From positions 32,001 to 96,000 of the forward strand of contig CAWJWJ010000001.1 of the NCBI GenBank assembly GCA_963846575.1: 64,000 bases of DNA, in the 5' to 3' direction. Both the position numbers and the translations under genes were made by a program. Position 1 is the first letter of the stretch. Each line of letters begins with the position of its first letter. This document shows, piece by piece, positions 28,964-39,412 of the stretch. The stretch is from an uncultured Nitrospiraceae bacterium (lineage in GTDB: Bacteria; Nitrospirota; Nitrospiria; Nitrospirales; Nitrospiraceae). The notes under the pieces are model-generated. The model was not told the DNA's origin. It saw nothing but the letters and a program-made list of their open reading frames with translations, and did not search any database.

Positions 28964-30163
28964 ATGCCTCATTCGCTCATGACCAGATTATGCCGCCGCA
29001 GTATCGGCCTGCTCTTCGTCCTGAGTTTGACTGGCTGCCTGTCTCCTCCCACCCTGAACCGCGCCGTGCTCGCCTATGATGACGCCATTAACGACGCGAT
29101 CTCGAAGCAACTCCTGATCAATATCGCCCGGGCACACCATCACGAGCCCATTCACTTCACCGGCGTGGCCAACGTCGCGGCCACCTTTGATTTCCGGATC
29201 AACGCCGGCGCGACCCCGGCGCTCAGCGGCGAACATGGCCGGACGCTGGTGCCCCTCTTCGGAGGCTCCATCGCCGAAAATCCTACGATCAGCATCACGC
29301 CGATCGAAGGCGAAGAATTCACCAAACGTCTCCTGACGCCGTTTCAAGAAAGCAAATTGACCTTGCTCCTCCGGCAGGGAGTCGATATCGATTTGCTGCT
29401 GCGACTGATGGCGAAAGAGCTTCGTCTGCAGAATGGCGGAGAAGCGGTGGCCTATCGCAACAGTCCCGGCGACCCTGTGGGGTACGACATGTTCCGCAAA
29501 GTTGCGCTTCATTTGTCGGCGATCCAAGATGCCAACCACCTGTATGCGGAGGCTCTGACGTTCGAACGCACCTGGACGATCCCGGCGGAGTCCGTCACCG
29601 CAGAAGGCTTTGTGGCGCTCGAGCAGCAATACCTCGTCAGCTATCAACCGGACCGGCGCACCTACACGTTACGCAAGCCGATGGTCGGGCGCATCCTCAT
29701 TACCAACTATGATCCCTCAACCCTTCCGGAACTGGAGCGTATCCGCCTGCACGAACTCGCGGATCAGGAACCGGTGAACAATGTCTCCTTCGACATTCGA
29801 CCCGGACATTACGGCGGGGATTGGGCGCTCGATGGCGACTTCAGGTTGCGAAGTTTCAATGCGATGTTGAATTTCCTCGGGCAGTCGCTCGATGAGGACC
29901 GAGAATACGTCGTGGAGAAAGACCCGCGCACGCCGCCGGTCGCTGAGAACCCGGTAAAGACCATGGACCTGCTCCTGCTGGACCGGGCTCCTGCCGACTC
30001 GGACCTGGCCGCAAAATCCCACGGTCTCTATTACGCGATCAACGCGACCGGGCCACAGGCGCGCTGGAACCGCGAAGCGTTCAAACTGCTTTCCCAATTA
30101 TTTCAAATGACCGTCACCGACATCCCGCGGACCGGCGTGCCCAGCATTACGATCGCGAAATGA
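28964..30163 (+). CDS. Hypothetical lipoprotein
   Basis: Lipobox LTGC; 399-aa ORF. Confidence 0.8.
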   Translation: MPHSLMTRLCRRSIGLLFVLSLTGCLSPPTLNRAVLAYDDAINDAISKQLLINIARAHHHEPIHFTGVANVAATFDFRINAGATPALSGEHGRTLVPLFGGSIAENPTISITPIEGEEFTKRLLTPFQESKLTLLLRQGVDIDLLLRLMAKELRLQNGGEAVAYRNSPGDPVGYDMFRKVALHLSAIQDANHLYAEALTFERTWTIPAESVTAEGFVALEQQYLVSYQPDRRTYTLRKPMVGRILITNYDPSTLPELERIRLHELADQEPVNNVSFDIRPGHYGGDWALDGDFRLRSFNAMLNFLGQSLDEDREYVVEKDPRTPPVAENPVKTMDLLLLDRAPADSDLAAKSHGLYYAINATGPQARWNREAFKLLSQLFQMTVTDIPRTGVPSITIAK

Positions 30164-30316
30164 TCCGCGCCTCGCACGACTCACCGCGTGATTTTTCCCG
30201 GTTTCGTCCCTTGCAACTCCACGGCGGTTTCAATTAGGGTGGGGCCTGATCGAACAGATCGCGGCAACCAGCCTTACGTAGCCGTTGCAGGCCCATCTGT
30301 ACTCCGATTCACATCC

Positions 30317-31342
30317 ATGCAACGCGATCGTCTTTACCAGTCCCCGCCCTGGCGGTGGGTCACGCTTATCCTTACCATCTGGCTCTCGACGCCGTGCTGG
30401 GCGGACGAAGTGTATATGCAGAACGGCGACCGGCTCACCGGCACGATCGAAAAGTTGGAAGAGAAGGTTCTGATCCTGCATACGGAGTACGGCAACACCA
30501 TCAGGATCGACTGGACCAAAGTAAAACGGGTGACGTCAGACAGCCCGCTGAAGGTGTTGGTGCCGGACCAATCCCGCGACGTAGTCCGGGATTTCTTTTA
30601 CGGCGCGAACGGCCTCAAACAGGTTACGGAATTGGGACCGGATACGCCGATATCCCTGGCGGACGTCACCGCCATCAATCTCGAACCGGTCCGAATGACA
30701 GGTACGGTCACGATTGGGGGAAACAGCACCTCCGGCAACAGCAGCACCAAAGCCGTCAACGCCGCGACCCGCATGACCATCTTTGCCTACCGGCAACGGC
30801 TGCTGATCGAAGGTAAATACAATTATGGTCAAGCCGGAGATCAGATCACGGCCAGAAATTCCATGGCGAGTCTGAAACACAATTATTTCCTGACTCAGAA
30901 AATTTTCATCGAAACGTTCGGCATGCTCGAAAAGGACACCCTGCAGCGGTTGCAACTCCGGAGTACGGTCGGAAGCGGCTTGGGTTACCAGTTCTACGAG
31001 AGTCCCCGCACGACCCTCTCGCTCTCCGTGGGTCTGGCCCATGTCAGCGAGCATTACTCGACCGCTCCGAATACCCAAACTCCATCCGGGCGCTGGAGCT
31101 TGCGGTGGGAACATGCGCTCCTGCCCGACCGGATCAAGGTCTTCCACCGGCACGAAGGGTATTGGGACGTCAATGCCGGCAATGCCTTCCGATTCAACGC
31201 GGACCAGGGCATCCGTATCACCGTCTACAAGAACCTCTTCTTCAACGTCGAATATGACCTTCGCTTGAACACCCAACCGGCTCCGGGACGGAAAACCACC
31301 GACGAGTCGGTTATTTTCGGCGTGGGGTATGAACTCAAATAG
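30317..31342 (+). CDS. DUF481 (YdiY-like) outer-membrane beta-barrel protein
   Basis: DEVYMQNGDRLTG N-domain, SGNS, GLGYQ, terminal GVGYE strand. Confidence 0.85.
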   Translation: MQRDRLYQSPPWRWVTLILTIWLSTPCWADEVYMQNGDRLTGTIEKLEEKVLILHTEYGNTIRIDWTKVKRVTSDSPLKVLVPDQSRDVVRDFFYGANGLKQVTELGPDTPISLADVTAINLEPVRMTGTVTIGGNSTSGNSSTKAVNAATRMTIFAYRQRLLIEGKYNYGQAGDQITARNSMASLKHNYFLTQKIFIETFGMLEKDTLQRLQLRSTVGSGLGYQFYESPRTTLSLSVGLAHVSEHYSTAPNTQTPSGRWSLRWEHALLPDRIKVFHRHEGYWDVNAGNAFRFNADQGIRITVYKNLFFNVEYDLRLNTQPAPGRKTTDESVIFGVGYELK

Positions 31343-31360
31343 ACGCGGGGGAGCCGCCGG

Positions 31361-32638
31361 TCAGGTCGCGCCGGACGCCGCGGCCCGACCCGCCAGCCGG
31401 CCGGTCGCCCACGCCCATTGAAAATTGAATCCGCCGATCCGGCCGTCGCAATCCAGCACCTCACCGACCACGTACAATCCCGGCACCAGCTTGGATTCCA
31501 TCGTGCGGAAATTGATCTCCTCCAACGGAAGTCCTCCGGCCGTGACTTCCGCAAAGTTCCACCCTCGATCGTGCAGGACGGGAAACCGGAAGCCTGTGAG
31601 CCCCTTGATGAGACGATCACGAACAGATCGTGACACCTGTGCGCTGGCCTGCAAGGGGTCGCCACCGGCGTGGCGGCAGAGAGCGTCGCCCAGCCGTTCT
31701 GGCACCAGCTCGGCCAGTTGCTTCAATACCGACCGGCGCGGATGAGAGGCACTTTGAGCCAGAAACCAGGCGCGCGCCCGCTCCGCGGTCAGGCCGGGCG
31801 AAAAATTTCCATACACCTCGACGGCTTCTCCCCGGCTCTGCGCGAGACTCCAAAACCGGCTGGCATCCATGACCACCGGCCCGCTGATCCCGAAGTGGGT
31901 CCACAGGAGGCTGCCGGTCCGGCGATCAGCCACACGACCCTGCACGAGCGTTTGCACCTCGACCTCGTGCGAAAGCCCCGACAGCTCCCCATGAAAGCAG
32001 GTCTCCTCGAGAACCAGTGCGACCAGGGCCGGCACGGTCGGGGTCACACGGTGCCCCAATCGGCTCAGCAGCTCATAGCCCGAGCCGTCGCTGCCCGTGC
32101 GCGGAAGGGATCGCCCCCCTGTGGCGAGGATGACCCGTCGAGCGGCGAGTTCACCCAGCGTGTGACGAATCAGGAAGCGGGCCGACCGGTCTTCACCAGT
32201 CTGCTCCGGGGCCTGCAAACGCACGAGGTCGGTGACGCGGTGTCCTGGATGTACCGCCACACCGAGCTCCCGACAGCGATGGATCAGCGCGTCGAGCACC
32301 GTTCTGGCTTTATCGGTCGTGGGGAAGAGCTTCCCGGTCTCTTCACGCTTGAGCGTCACGCCCAGCGAGGCAAACCACTTCACGGTATCCTCCACCGGAA
32401 AGGTGGCCAGCACATTGCGCAGGAGATGACGGGTGCCGAAGAAATCGTCCAATGTCACGCCGTCGTGCGTCACGTTGCATCGGCCCCCGCCGGACACCAG
32501 AATCTTGGCTCCGATGGATTTGGCTCCATCCAGCAAGGCGACCTTCTGAGCCGGGGCCCGCTCGGCGGCAAAAATACCGGCGGCCAATCCGGCGGCTCCC
32601 GCTCCCACCACGCATAGATCGACTGATACCTCTGTCAT
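31361..32638 (-). CDS. BaiN/HI0933-family flavoprotein
   Basis: GAGAAG, KILVSGGGRCNVT, THFGISGP, AEVTAGG, GGFNFQ. Confidence 0.92.
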   Translation of the reverse strand: MTEVSVDLCVVGAGAAGLAAGIFAAERAPAQKVALLDGAKSIGAKILVSGGGRCNVTHDGVTLDDFFGTRHLLRNVLATFPVEDTVKWFASLGVTLKREETGKLFPTTDKARTVLDALIHRCRELGVAVHPGHRVTDLVRLQAPEQTGEDRSARFLIRHTLGELAARRVILATGGRSLPRTGSDGSGYELLSRLGHRVTPTVPALVALVLEETCFHGELSGLSHEVEVQTLVQGRVADRRTGSLLWTHFGISGPVVMDASRFWSLAQSRGEAVEVYGNFSPGLTAERARAWFLAQSASHPRRSVLKQLAELVPERLGDALCRHAGGDPLQASAQVSRSVRDRLIKGLTGFRFPVLHDRGWNFAEVTAGGLPLEEINFRTMESKLVPGLYVVGEVLDCDGRIGGFNFQWAWATGRLAGRAAASGAT

Positions 32639-32782
32639 CACTCCTCTTTTCTTCCTCGCTGTGGGAACCCGATACCGACGACCAACCCCGCCGTCACCCT
32701 CTCCCTGGCAAAATATCGCGCGCCTGTGCCAAGATCTTGGCAAGGACTCTGACGGCCCGCTCCTGCCATCGGGAAGATTTCG

Positions 32783-33103
32783 ATGCACCCCTGTTCAACT
32801 CGATTCTGTCTCCTGCTATCGATGGGACTCCTGTTGACGGGATGCCTCCTCCCTCGCCAGGGACCGTTGGAGGAGAGCCGGAATGACAGTGTGGTGTCCG
32901 CCGAGGTGGAAGCCACACTGGCTGGCGAGGGACCGGGTGACTTCTCCGGCATCCTCGTGGCCACCGACAGGGGCACCGTCACCCTGATGGGCACGGTACA
33001 GCGGGCTGAGCAGAAGGCACGGGCGGCCGAATTGGCGCGCCAGATCAAGGGGGTGAAACGAGTCAAGAATGATGTGGAGATTCATGCGACCGCTACGCCC
33101 TAG
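32783..33103 (+). CDS. BON-domain lipoprotein
   Basis: Lipobox LTGC; GTVTLMGTV, GVKRVKND. Confidence 0.88.
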   Translation: MHPCSTRFCLLLSMGLLLTGCLLPRQGPLEESRNDSVVSAEVEATLAGEGPGDFSGILVATDRGTVTLMGTVQRAEQKARAAELARQIKGVKRVKNDVEIHATATP

Positions 33104-33126
33104 GCCTTGACGATCGTGGAGCCCGC

Positions 33127-36100
33127 TCAAAAATCCTGCTCCTCCCCGCCCAGCTCCTCGCTGATCATCGTATAGGCCTTCTCTGGAAGAGTGATCGCAT
33201 TGACCAGAATGTCGAACGCCAGTTGCGCCGTACCCTTCACACCGACCATGAGCGATTCAGTGGGCAGGTATTTCAGTTGCGGTTTGCCGGCCGACCCCTT
33301 CAGCTCAAACATCGCCGTATCGAACCCCTGCCGGTCCCCGGCCAGGAGCGTGCCGAACAGCGGGATGCGCTTCAACATGTCCGCATAGGAGCCGAGTGGG
33401 CTCGTGGCAAGGACCATATCGAATTGGTCCGCCATCATGTCATACCGGCCGGTTGCGCTGACCTTGAGTACGGGACTATCGAGCAAAAATTCCTTCGTAC
33501 TGATCATGCCGTTATCGATCGAGAAGACCGCCTTCAGCCGGTCAAGCCGCATGCCGTCCTTGGAAAAATCCACTTGGCCCTGAAGCACCGCGGGCAGATT
33601 CATCACCGCTAATAACTCCGACAGGACAGGGACGTTGAAAATCCTCCCGTCCACCACGAGGACCTGAATCGGCCGCTGACTGGTCAGGGCACTGAGGATG
33701 ACGCCCTTGTTGTCCAAATCCGTCTGGACTTTTCCGGAGGTGGTCAGCCAGCCCGCGATCACCGGTTTCTCCTGCACGAGAGACAGGGCCCGCTCAATCG
33801 GTATGCCGCTCACGCGAAAACTGCTCCGCGCCCTGCCCAGTCTCCGGTCGGCCTCCCGCACCCTCATCTGGCCCGCCACCTCGCCTTCATCCGTATTGCC
33901 GCTGATCCGGTCCACCGTCAAGACGCCCTGGTCCCACAGCACATGACCTGAAAACCCGGTCAGCAGGAATGTTTTGTAATAGACGTGGTCGGCAAAAACA
34001 GACGCTTCCAACGTACTGTCCGACCACCAGGCCTTGTTGGCAGCCCCGGAGGCCGCCGGCCCTCGCTTGAACGGCAGGAATGCCGCCAGCTCGACTTGCG
34101 ACGACTTGACCGTGACGCGCGCTTTCGGCGCCTGCGCCCAGCGTGCGATCGAGCCGGACAAGCGGAAGTCGCTGGCCCCGACATGACAGTCCAAGCGCGG
34201 GATCTCGATCGTATCCTGATCGAACTTCAGCGTCACGAAGAGATCCCGGATCGGTTCTTTCATCGAATCGATCTTGAGGGTCCCCTGATCAAACTGCACC
34301 TGACCCACCGCTCGCCAGGACGCGCGATCCTTGACCTGCCCCTCCATGTGCAACGCCGCTTGTAACGTCCCGGTCTTGATCGGGCCGAGTGCGACCCCCC
34401 GGGGCAGCTGCTTCATGGAGATCACGCCGGAGGACACATGCACCGAAAAATCCATGTTCTCGGAGAAACTGACCCTGCCGTCTCCGACGATCTTGAGCGG
34501 AGGAAGAAGCAACTCGATGTGGCGAACCGCTAAGAGCTCCCCGTCGGATAACCTGGTATCGAATTGAATGGCAGCAGGAGCGTGTCTCGGTTTGGTCAAA
34601 ATGTTGGGGATGCGCAGTCCGGCCGATTTAAGATCGACCGTGCCCGAGAAACGAGGTTGCTTGAGCAAGCCGGTCAGGGTCGCCTCCATGCGGACGACTC
34701 CCTCCACTGCGGATTGTGGGCCGACGTCGATCTGCTCCGCGAGCACCGACAGCATGTCGGACGCTTCGGCCGTCACGTTCAATTTGAGATCCGAATAGGC
34801 CTTGCCTTCCCTCAAGGTCACCGTGCCTGCCGCCTGGAGCTTGGCGGCACCGGCCCGCCCCTCCATATGCTCCAATGTCACCGTCGTCGGGGACGCCTTG
34901 ATGCGAGCCTGCACTTGATGGATGAAGACCGGGAAGAGCGTGCCGCGGAACCCGGCATTCTGTAAGGTGAGATCGACGTCAACCAGGGCGAGAGGTTTTC
35001 CTCCGGCCGGTTGCCCCATGATATGCACGACCACATCGACCTCGCCGGAGGCTTCCTGCACCCTTCTCAACGTCTCCTGCAGGACGGGAAAGTCGTCGAT
35101 GCGCCGCACGGCATCGAGCAGACCCGACAATGGCGCGGTCCCCAGCATGCGCATATCGATCGCCGGATCAGTCAGCCACTTCGAGATGGACAGATCCTCG
35201 CCGGTCAGACGGACCGGCCCCACTTGCGCGCGCAGGCCGGTGAGCCGCACCTGGTCCGTATCGAACGCAATGTTGGCGGTGAGGGCTTCGATGCCGGGAT
35301 AACCCGGCTGCAACGTGAAACGGCCGTTTCGCACTTCCGCAAGACCGGTGAGGCTCACTGACGCCCCGGACTCCTCCGGCCAGGAGAGCGACATGGACTG
35401 CAGCGTGAACAGGCCATCGACGCCGTGTTCCGTCAACTGCGACCGGATCCGGGTAGAGATCCATGCCGTGGGAAGCTGACTCAACCCTCGCTCCAGAGTC
35501 ACGGAAGAGGCCGACATCGTCGCGGAAAAACGCGGGCGCGGCCCGCCGAGTCCGGAAAGCCCCGCGGTCCCCTGCAGCGCGATGTCCGATAATTCCGCTT
35601 TCCACTCATCGGCCGTCAGTTCATATCCGTCGGAGCGAGGCGACAGTCGGAGATGCGCCCTGAGCTGCGCCAACCCGACCAGGCCATCCGAAACCGGTTC
35701 CAGACCGGTCCAGGCGGAAAGCAATCGCCGAAGGTTCACCTGGTGGAGGCGTAAATTCCCCTCGGCCTGAATCTCCTCTCCATCGTGAGTCGGGGTGACG
35801 GAACCATCCAGGTTAAAGACGGCCCGGTCTCCTTCATGGGGAATTTCTCCGGACAGCTGCAGCCTGGCGAGGCGACCCAGAATCTCACCGGACCATGTCG
35901 CCTGCGTCACGAGGATCTGGATCGGAGCCCGCAGCACCTGACCGGACTCATCGAGGACCGTGATCAGCCCGTCGGTCACCAGTAGGTTGTGCAGGGACTG
36001 CATGAATGCGAAGGGGTTCGCCGTTGAATCGGAAGGGGCCGAAGTCTCCGTAACGCCGAGAGCCCAGCCCCCGTCCGACGACCGGTGAACGGTGAGACGG

Positions 36101-36459
36101 GGACGGTCGATGACCAAATCCTTCCCCACGACCCGTCCCTCCCAGAGCGGAAGGGACTGCAGCGTAAGCTCCAGACGCTCGGCTGCAAAAACAGGGGTGC
36201 CAGATGATTTGTCCCGGACCTCCACCTTGCGCAGGTCCAGCCGGAGGGAGGGGAACAGAGCGATGCGCCAGGTCTCAACGGAGAGAGACCGGCCCGTGCG
36301 CTCCTCAAACTCGTGGAAAAACGCCTCACCGATCGCCGCGCGGTTCAGTATCCAGGGCAGAGCCAGCAGACCGGCAAGGACGACCATCGCCAGCAGCAGC
36401 AGGGCGATCGCGATACTCCCCCTGTGCCTCATTGACGGTATGGTCGGCGATTGGTCCAT
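33127..36459 (-). CDS. AsmA-like (YhdP-type) envelope protein
   Basis: N-terminal TM, 1110-aa beta-rich body, AsmA_2-like C-terminus (LKRIPLFG). Confidence 0.8.
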   Translation of the reverse strand: MDQSPTIPSMRHRGSIAIALLLLAMVVLAGLLALPWILNRAAIGEAFFHEFEERTGRSLSVETWRIALFPSLRLDLRKVEVRDKSSGTPVFAAERLELTLQSLPLWEGRVVGKDLVIDRPRLTVHRSSDGGWALGVTETSAPSDSTANPFAFMQSLHNLLVTDGLITVLDESGQVLRAPIQILVTQATWSGEILGRLARLQLSGEIPHEGDRAVFNLDGSVTPTHDGEEIQAEGNLRLHQVNLRRLLSAWTGLEPVSDGLVGLAQLRAHLRLSPRSDGYELTADEWKAELSDIALQGTAGLSGLGGPRPRFSATMSASSVTLERGLSQLPTAWISTRIRSQLTEHGVDGLFTLQSMSLSWPEESGASVSLTGLAEVRNGRFTLQPGYPGIEALTANIAFDTDQVRLTGLRAQVGPVRLTGEDLSISKWLTDPAIDMRMLGTAPLSGLLDAVRRIDDFPVLQETLRRVQEASGEVDVVVHIMGQPAGGKPLALVDVDLTLQNAGFRGTLFPVFIHQVQARIKASPTTVTLEHMEGRAGAAKLQAAGTVTLREGKAYSDLKLNVTAEASDMLSVLAEQIDVGPQSAVEGVVRMEATLTGLLKQPRFSGTVDLKSAGLRIPNILTKPRHAPAAIQFDTRLSDGELLAVRHIELLLPPLKIVGDGRVSFSENMDFSVHVSSGVISMKQLPRGVALGPIKTGTLQAALHMEGQVKDRASWRAVGQVQFDQGTLKIDSMKEPIRDLFVTLKFDQDTIEIPRLDCHVGASDFRLSGSIARWAQAPKARVTVKSSQVELAAFLPFKRGPAASGAANKAWWSDSTLEASVFADHVYYKTFLLTGFSGHVLWDQGVLTVDRISGNTDEGEVAGQMRVREADRRLGRARSSFRVSGIPIERALSLVQEKPVIAGWLTTSGKVQTDLDNKGVILSALTSQRPIQVLVVDGRIFNVPVLSELLAVMNLPAVLQGQVDFSKDGMRLDRLKAVFSIDNGMISTKEFLLDSPVLKVSATGRYDMMADQFDMVLATSPLGSYADMLKRIPLFGTLLAGDRQGFDTAMFELKGSAGKPQLKYLPTESLMVGVKGTAQLAFDILVNAITLPEKAYTMISEELGGEEQDF

Positions 36460-36640
36460 CAGGAAATAGCCTCACAGTCACTCTACGCAGCCGACGTGGC
36501 GGACACAAGTCGCAGGGGCGAGTCGCGTTCCCGGCCGGGAAGGCCTGCGCCTGATACCTGAACCCGGTTATGGTACAGTCGCGCAATCAACGACGGAGTA
36601 GAGAACCTCCGTTACGGGCATTACGCCGGTCACCGCACCC

Positions 36641-37411
36641 ATGCTACGAATTGCATTTCTACATCTGGCCCCGGTACCGGGGGCGCTTGCACAGAACCGC
36701 CACCTGCTGACCGGTGCCATCGCGAAGGCTGCGAGCCTGGGCGCACATTGGATTCTCACCCCGGAACTGGCCGTGAGCGGTTATAGTTTTTCCGATCGTC
36801 TCGGCACTCAGTGGATTGAGCCTCAACCGGACCACTGGATGGCCGGAGTCTGCCGTCTCGCCGCCCGGCTGCAGGTGGCGATCTTGTTATCTCACCCTGA
36901 ACGGGACCCACAATCAGATCATCTCTATAACACGGTCTTTGCCCTGAGGGCCGATGGAGGCGTGGCAGGCAGTCACCGCAAGATCAACACGTTGCGGGTG
37001 GGATCCGAAGCCTGGTCCACACCGGGCAGCCGGGCCACCGCCTGTTCTCTTCCGCCTTTCGGCCCAATCGGCATCCTCATCTGTGCCGATGCGTACTCCC
37101 CAGAAATCGCGAAAAGCCTGAAGGCGCAGGGGGCGCGGGCGCTCGTCTCATCGGCGGCCTGGCCTCCGGGACTCCACGGTCCGAACGGGGAGTGGGAACG
37201 CTGCACGAAGGATACGGGGCTGCCGTTGTTCGTCTGCAACCGCACGGGACCGGACCGCACGCTGGACTTCACGAAGGCCGAGAGCGTCGTCGCGCAGGAC
37301 GGACGGCGGCTGCTGTCATTCTCCTGCCCACGTTCCGCCATCTTCATCATCGACTGGGATCTAGAATCAGGCACCCTGGCCCGCACGGACTACCAGCGCA
37401 TCCTGCTCTGA
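36641..37411 (+). CDS. Carbon-nitrogen hydrolase (nitrilase superfamily)
   Basis: TPEL, HRK, ICAD give the E-K-C triad. Confidence 0.88.
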   Translation: MLRIAFLHLAPVPGALAQNRHLLTGAIAKAASLGAHWILTPELAVSGYSFSDRLGTQWIEPQPDHWMAGVCRLAARLQVAILLSHPERDPQSDHLYNTVFALRADGGVAGSHRKINTLRVGSEAWSTPGSRATACSLPPFGPIGILICADAYSPEIAKSLKAQGARALVSSAAWPPGLHGPNGEWERCTKDTGLPLFVCNRTGPDRTLDFTKAESVVAQDGRRLLSFSCPRSAIFIIDWDLESGTLARTDYQRILL

Positions 37412-37436
37412 GCCGAGCCCTCCATCCGCGTGACCG

Positions 37437-37997
37437 TCACGATGACTTGAGCAGGGCATCCAGAAACCCGAGACCGGCCGGCCATTCACCCAACCCGCTG
37501 TCGGCGTTGATATGGCCGGCGGCCCCGATATCCGCGAATGCGCTGCCCCAGCCGGTTGCGCAGTGCTTCGCATAGGCCAGGGACCCGAACTGATCGTCGC
37601 TGCTGGCCACCACCAGGCTCGGAAAAGGCAGCTTCCCGAGAGGGACCGGCTGAAAACCCTGTGCGGCTGAGGGGAACGAGGGGCTGTCAGGATCCGGGAC
37701 TGCCACTAGCAGCGCCGCGCGGACGGATGCGGAGGACCGATGCGCCCAGTGAGCCACCACCAGACACCCGAGACTATGGGCGATCAAGACCGGCGGCACC
37801 GGCAGGCATTGCATCGACTCATCCAGCCGGCGCCACCATTCCTCGCAGACGGGGTGATCCCAATCGCGTTGGTGCACGCGCCGCCATGCGGGATGTTGTC
37901 TCTCCCAGAGGGTTTGCCAATGCCGGGGCCCCGAACTGCCGAACCCCGGCAGGGTCAAGACCACCGCTGAGTCGCCCCCCGTCCTGTCATCCCGCAT
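37437..37997 (-). CDS. YdeN/RBBP9-family alpha/beta hydrolase
   Basis: HWQ, AHSLGC, AGHIN. Confidence 0.9.
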   Translation of the reverse strand: MRDDRTGGDSAVVLTLPGFGSSGPRHWQTLWERQHPAWRRVHQRDWDHPVCEEWWRRLDESMQCLPVPPVLIAHSLGCLVVAHWAHRSSASVRAALLVAVPDPDSPSFPSAAQGFQPVPLGKLPFPSLVVASSDDQFGSLAYAKHCATGWGSAFADIGAAGHINADSGLGEWPAGLGFLDALLKSS

Positions 37998-39222
37998 GGG
38001 CGGCCCGCTCCATCAGCCATGCCACTGCTCCCGCCCCAGCCGCGCGACCGCTGGCAAAACAAGCCGTCAGCAAATAGCCGCCGGTCGGTGCTTCCCAATC
38101 CAACATTTCTCCGGCGCAGAACACACCGGGCAGCGCACGAACCATCAGCCGGTGGTCGAGTGCGTCAAACCCCACCCCGCCAGCCGTGCTGATGGCTTCT
38201 GCCAGGGGTCGCGGGGCAGCCAGCGTGAGCGGGAGCGATTTGATCGCCGCTGCCAGTCGGGCGGGATCGGTGAAATCCTCCTTCGAGACGATTTCCCGAA
38301 GCAGCCCTGATTTGACCCCTTCGATATGCGCACGCCGCTGCAGATGCGTCGCCATGGTCCGTTTGCCCCGCGGTTGGGACAGGTCCTTGATCAGTCGCGG
38401 CAACTCGCGATCGGGCGCGAGGTCGAGGCGCAGCGTGCCCCGCCCGGTCGCGTGGATTTCGTCGCGCAGGTAGGGCGCCACCGCATAGATCACGCCCCCC
38501 TCGATGCCGGTTTCGGTGATCACAAATTCTCCCATGCGACGCATCACCGCCCCGGACGGAGACTTCGCGACGACCCCCACGGTCTTGACCGGATGTCCGG
38601 CGAACTTGGCACGAAAGTGTTCGCTCCATCCCACGTCGAACCCGCAGTTGGCCGGTTGTAACGGAACGACCGGCACGGCACGCTTCTCGAACCAGGACAC
38701 CCAAGCCCCGTCTGAACCGAGCTGAGGCCAGCTGCCCCCGCCCATCGCGAAGATGGCGGCATCGGCCTGGACCTGCTGCAATCCTTCACCGGTTTCGAAA
38801 CAGAGCGCCCCCTTTGCGTCCCAGCCGCACCAACGATGCCGCGCATGCACGGTCAACCCGGTCTGACGCAGGCGGCGCAACCAGGCGCGCAGGAGCGGCG
38901 CGGCCTTCATGTCGACGGGAAACACGCGGCCGGAGGAACCGACGGAGGTCTCGATGCCAAGTCCCCGCGCCCATGCGCGAAGCGCGCCGGGGCCAAATTC
39001 TGCCAACCAGGGTGCGACCTGGTCCCGGCGATCGCCGTACCGTGCCAGAAAACTTTCCGTTGGTTCCGAGTGGGTCAGGTTCAGCCCGCCCTTTCCGGCA
39101 AGGAGAAACTTTCGCCCGATGGAGGCCATCGAGTCGTACAGATCCACGCGCGCGCCGCCTGCCAGGGCCGTCTCTGCGGCCATGAGCCCGGCCGGTCCGC
39201 CACCGATGATTGCAATGTGCAT
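37987..39222 (-). CDS. BaiN-like flavoprotein (TIGR03862 type)
   Basis: GGGPAG, KFLLAGKGGLNLTHSE, AISTAGG, WEAPTGGYLL. Confidence 0.9.
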   Translation of the reverse strand: MHIAIIGGGPAGLMAAETALAGGARVDLYDSMASIGRKFLLAGKGGLNLTHSEPTESFLARYGDRRDQVAPWLAEFGPGALRAWARGLGIETSVGSSGRVFPVDMKAAPLLRAWLRRLRQTGLTVHARHRWCGWDAKGALCFETGEGLQQVQADAAIFAMGGGSWPQLGSDGAWVSWFEKRAVPVVPLQPANCGFDVGWSEHFRAKFAGHPVKTVGVVAKSPSGAVMRRMGEFVITETGIEGGVIYAVAPYLRDEIHATGRGTLRLDLAPDRELPRLIKDLSQPRGKRTMATHLQRRAHIEGVKSGLLREIVSKEDFTDPARLAAAIKSLPLTLAAPRPLAEAISTAGGVGFDALDHRLMVRALPGVFCAGEMLDWEAPTGGYLLTACFASGRAAGAGAVAWLMERAAHAG

Positions 39223-39412
39223 ATGTGTGCTGATCCCTCTCTGTATCTGGACGGTTCGGCCCGTTGACGACTGGCAGGATGCCGCATCAGATCACCGGAT
39301 TGTGCCGCCTGATGAACCCGGACAGGGGGCGAACGATATCCTAACCGGAAAGGAAGCTCAAGAGAATCGCCTCCCGGATCGGGAGCGTGCGCGACGGATG
39401 GGATTGGTGCGT

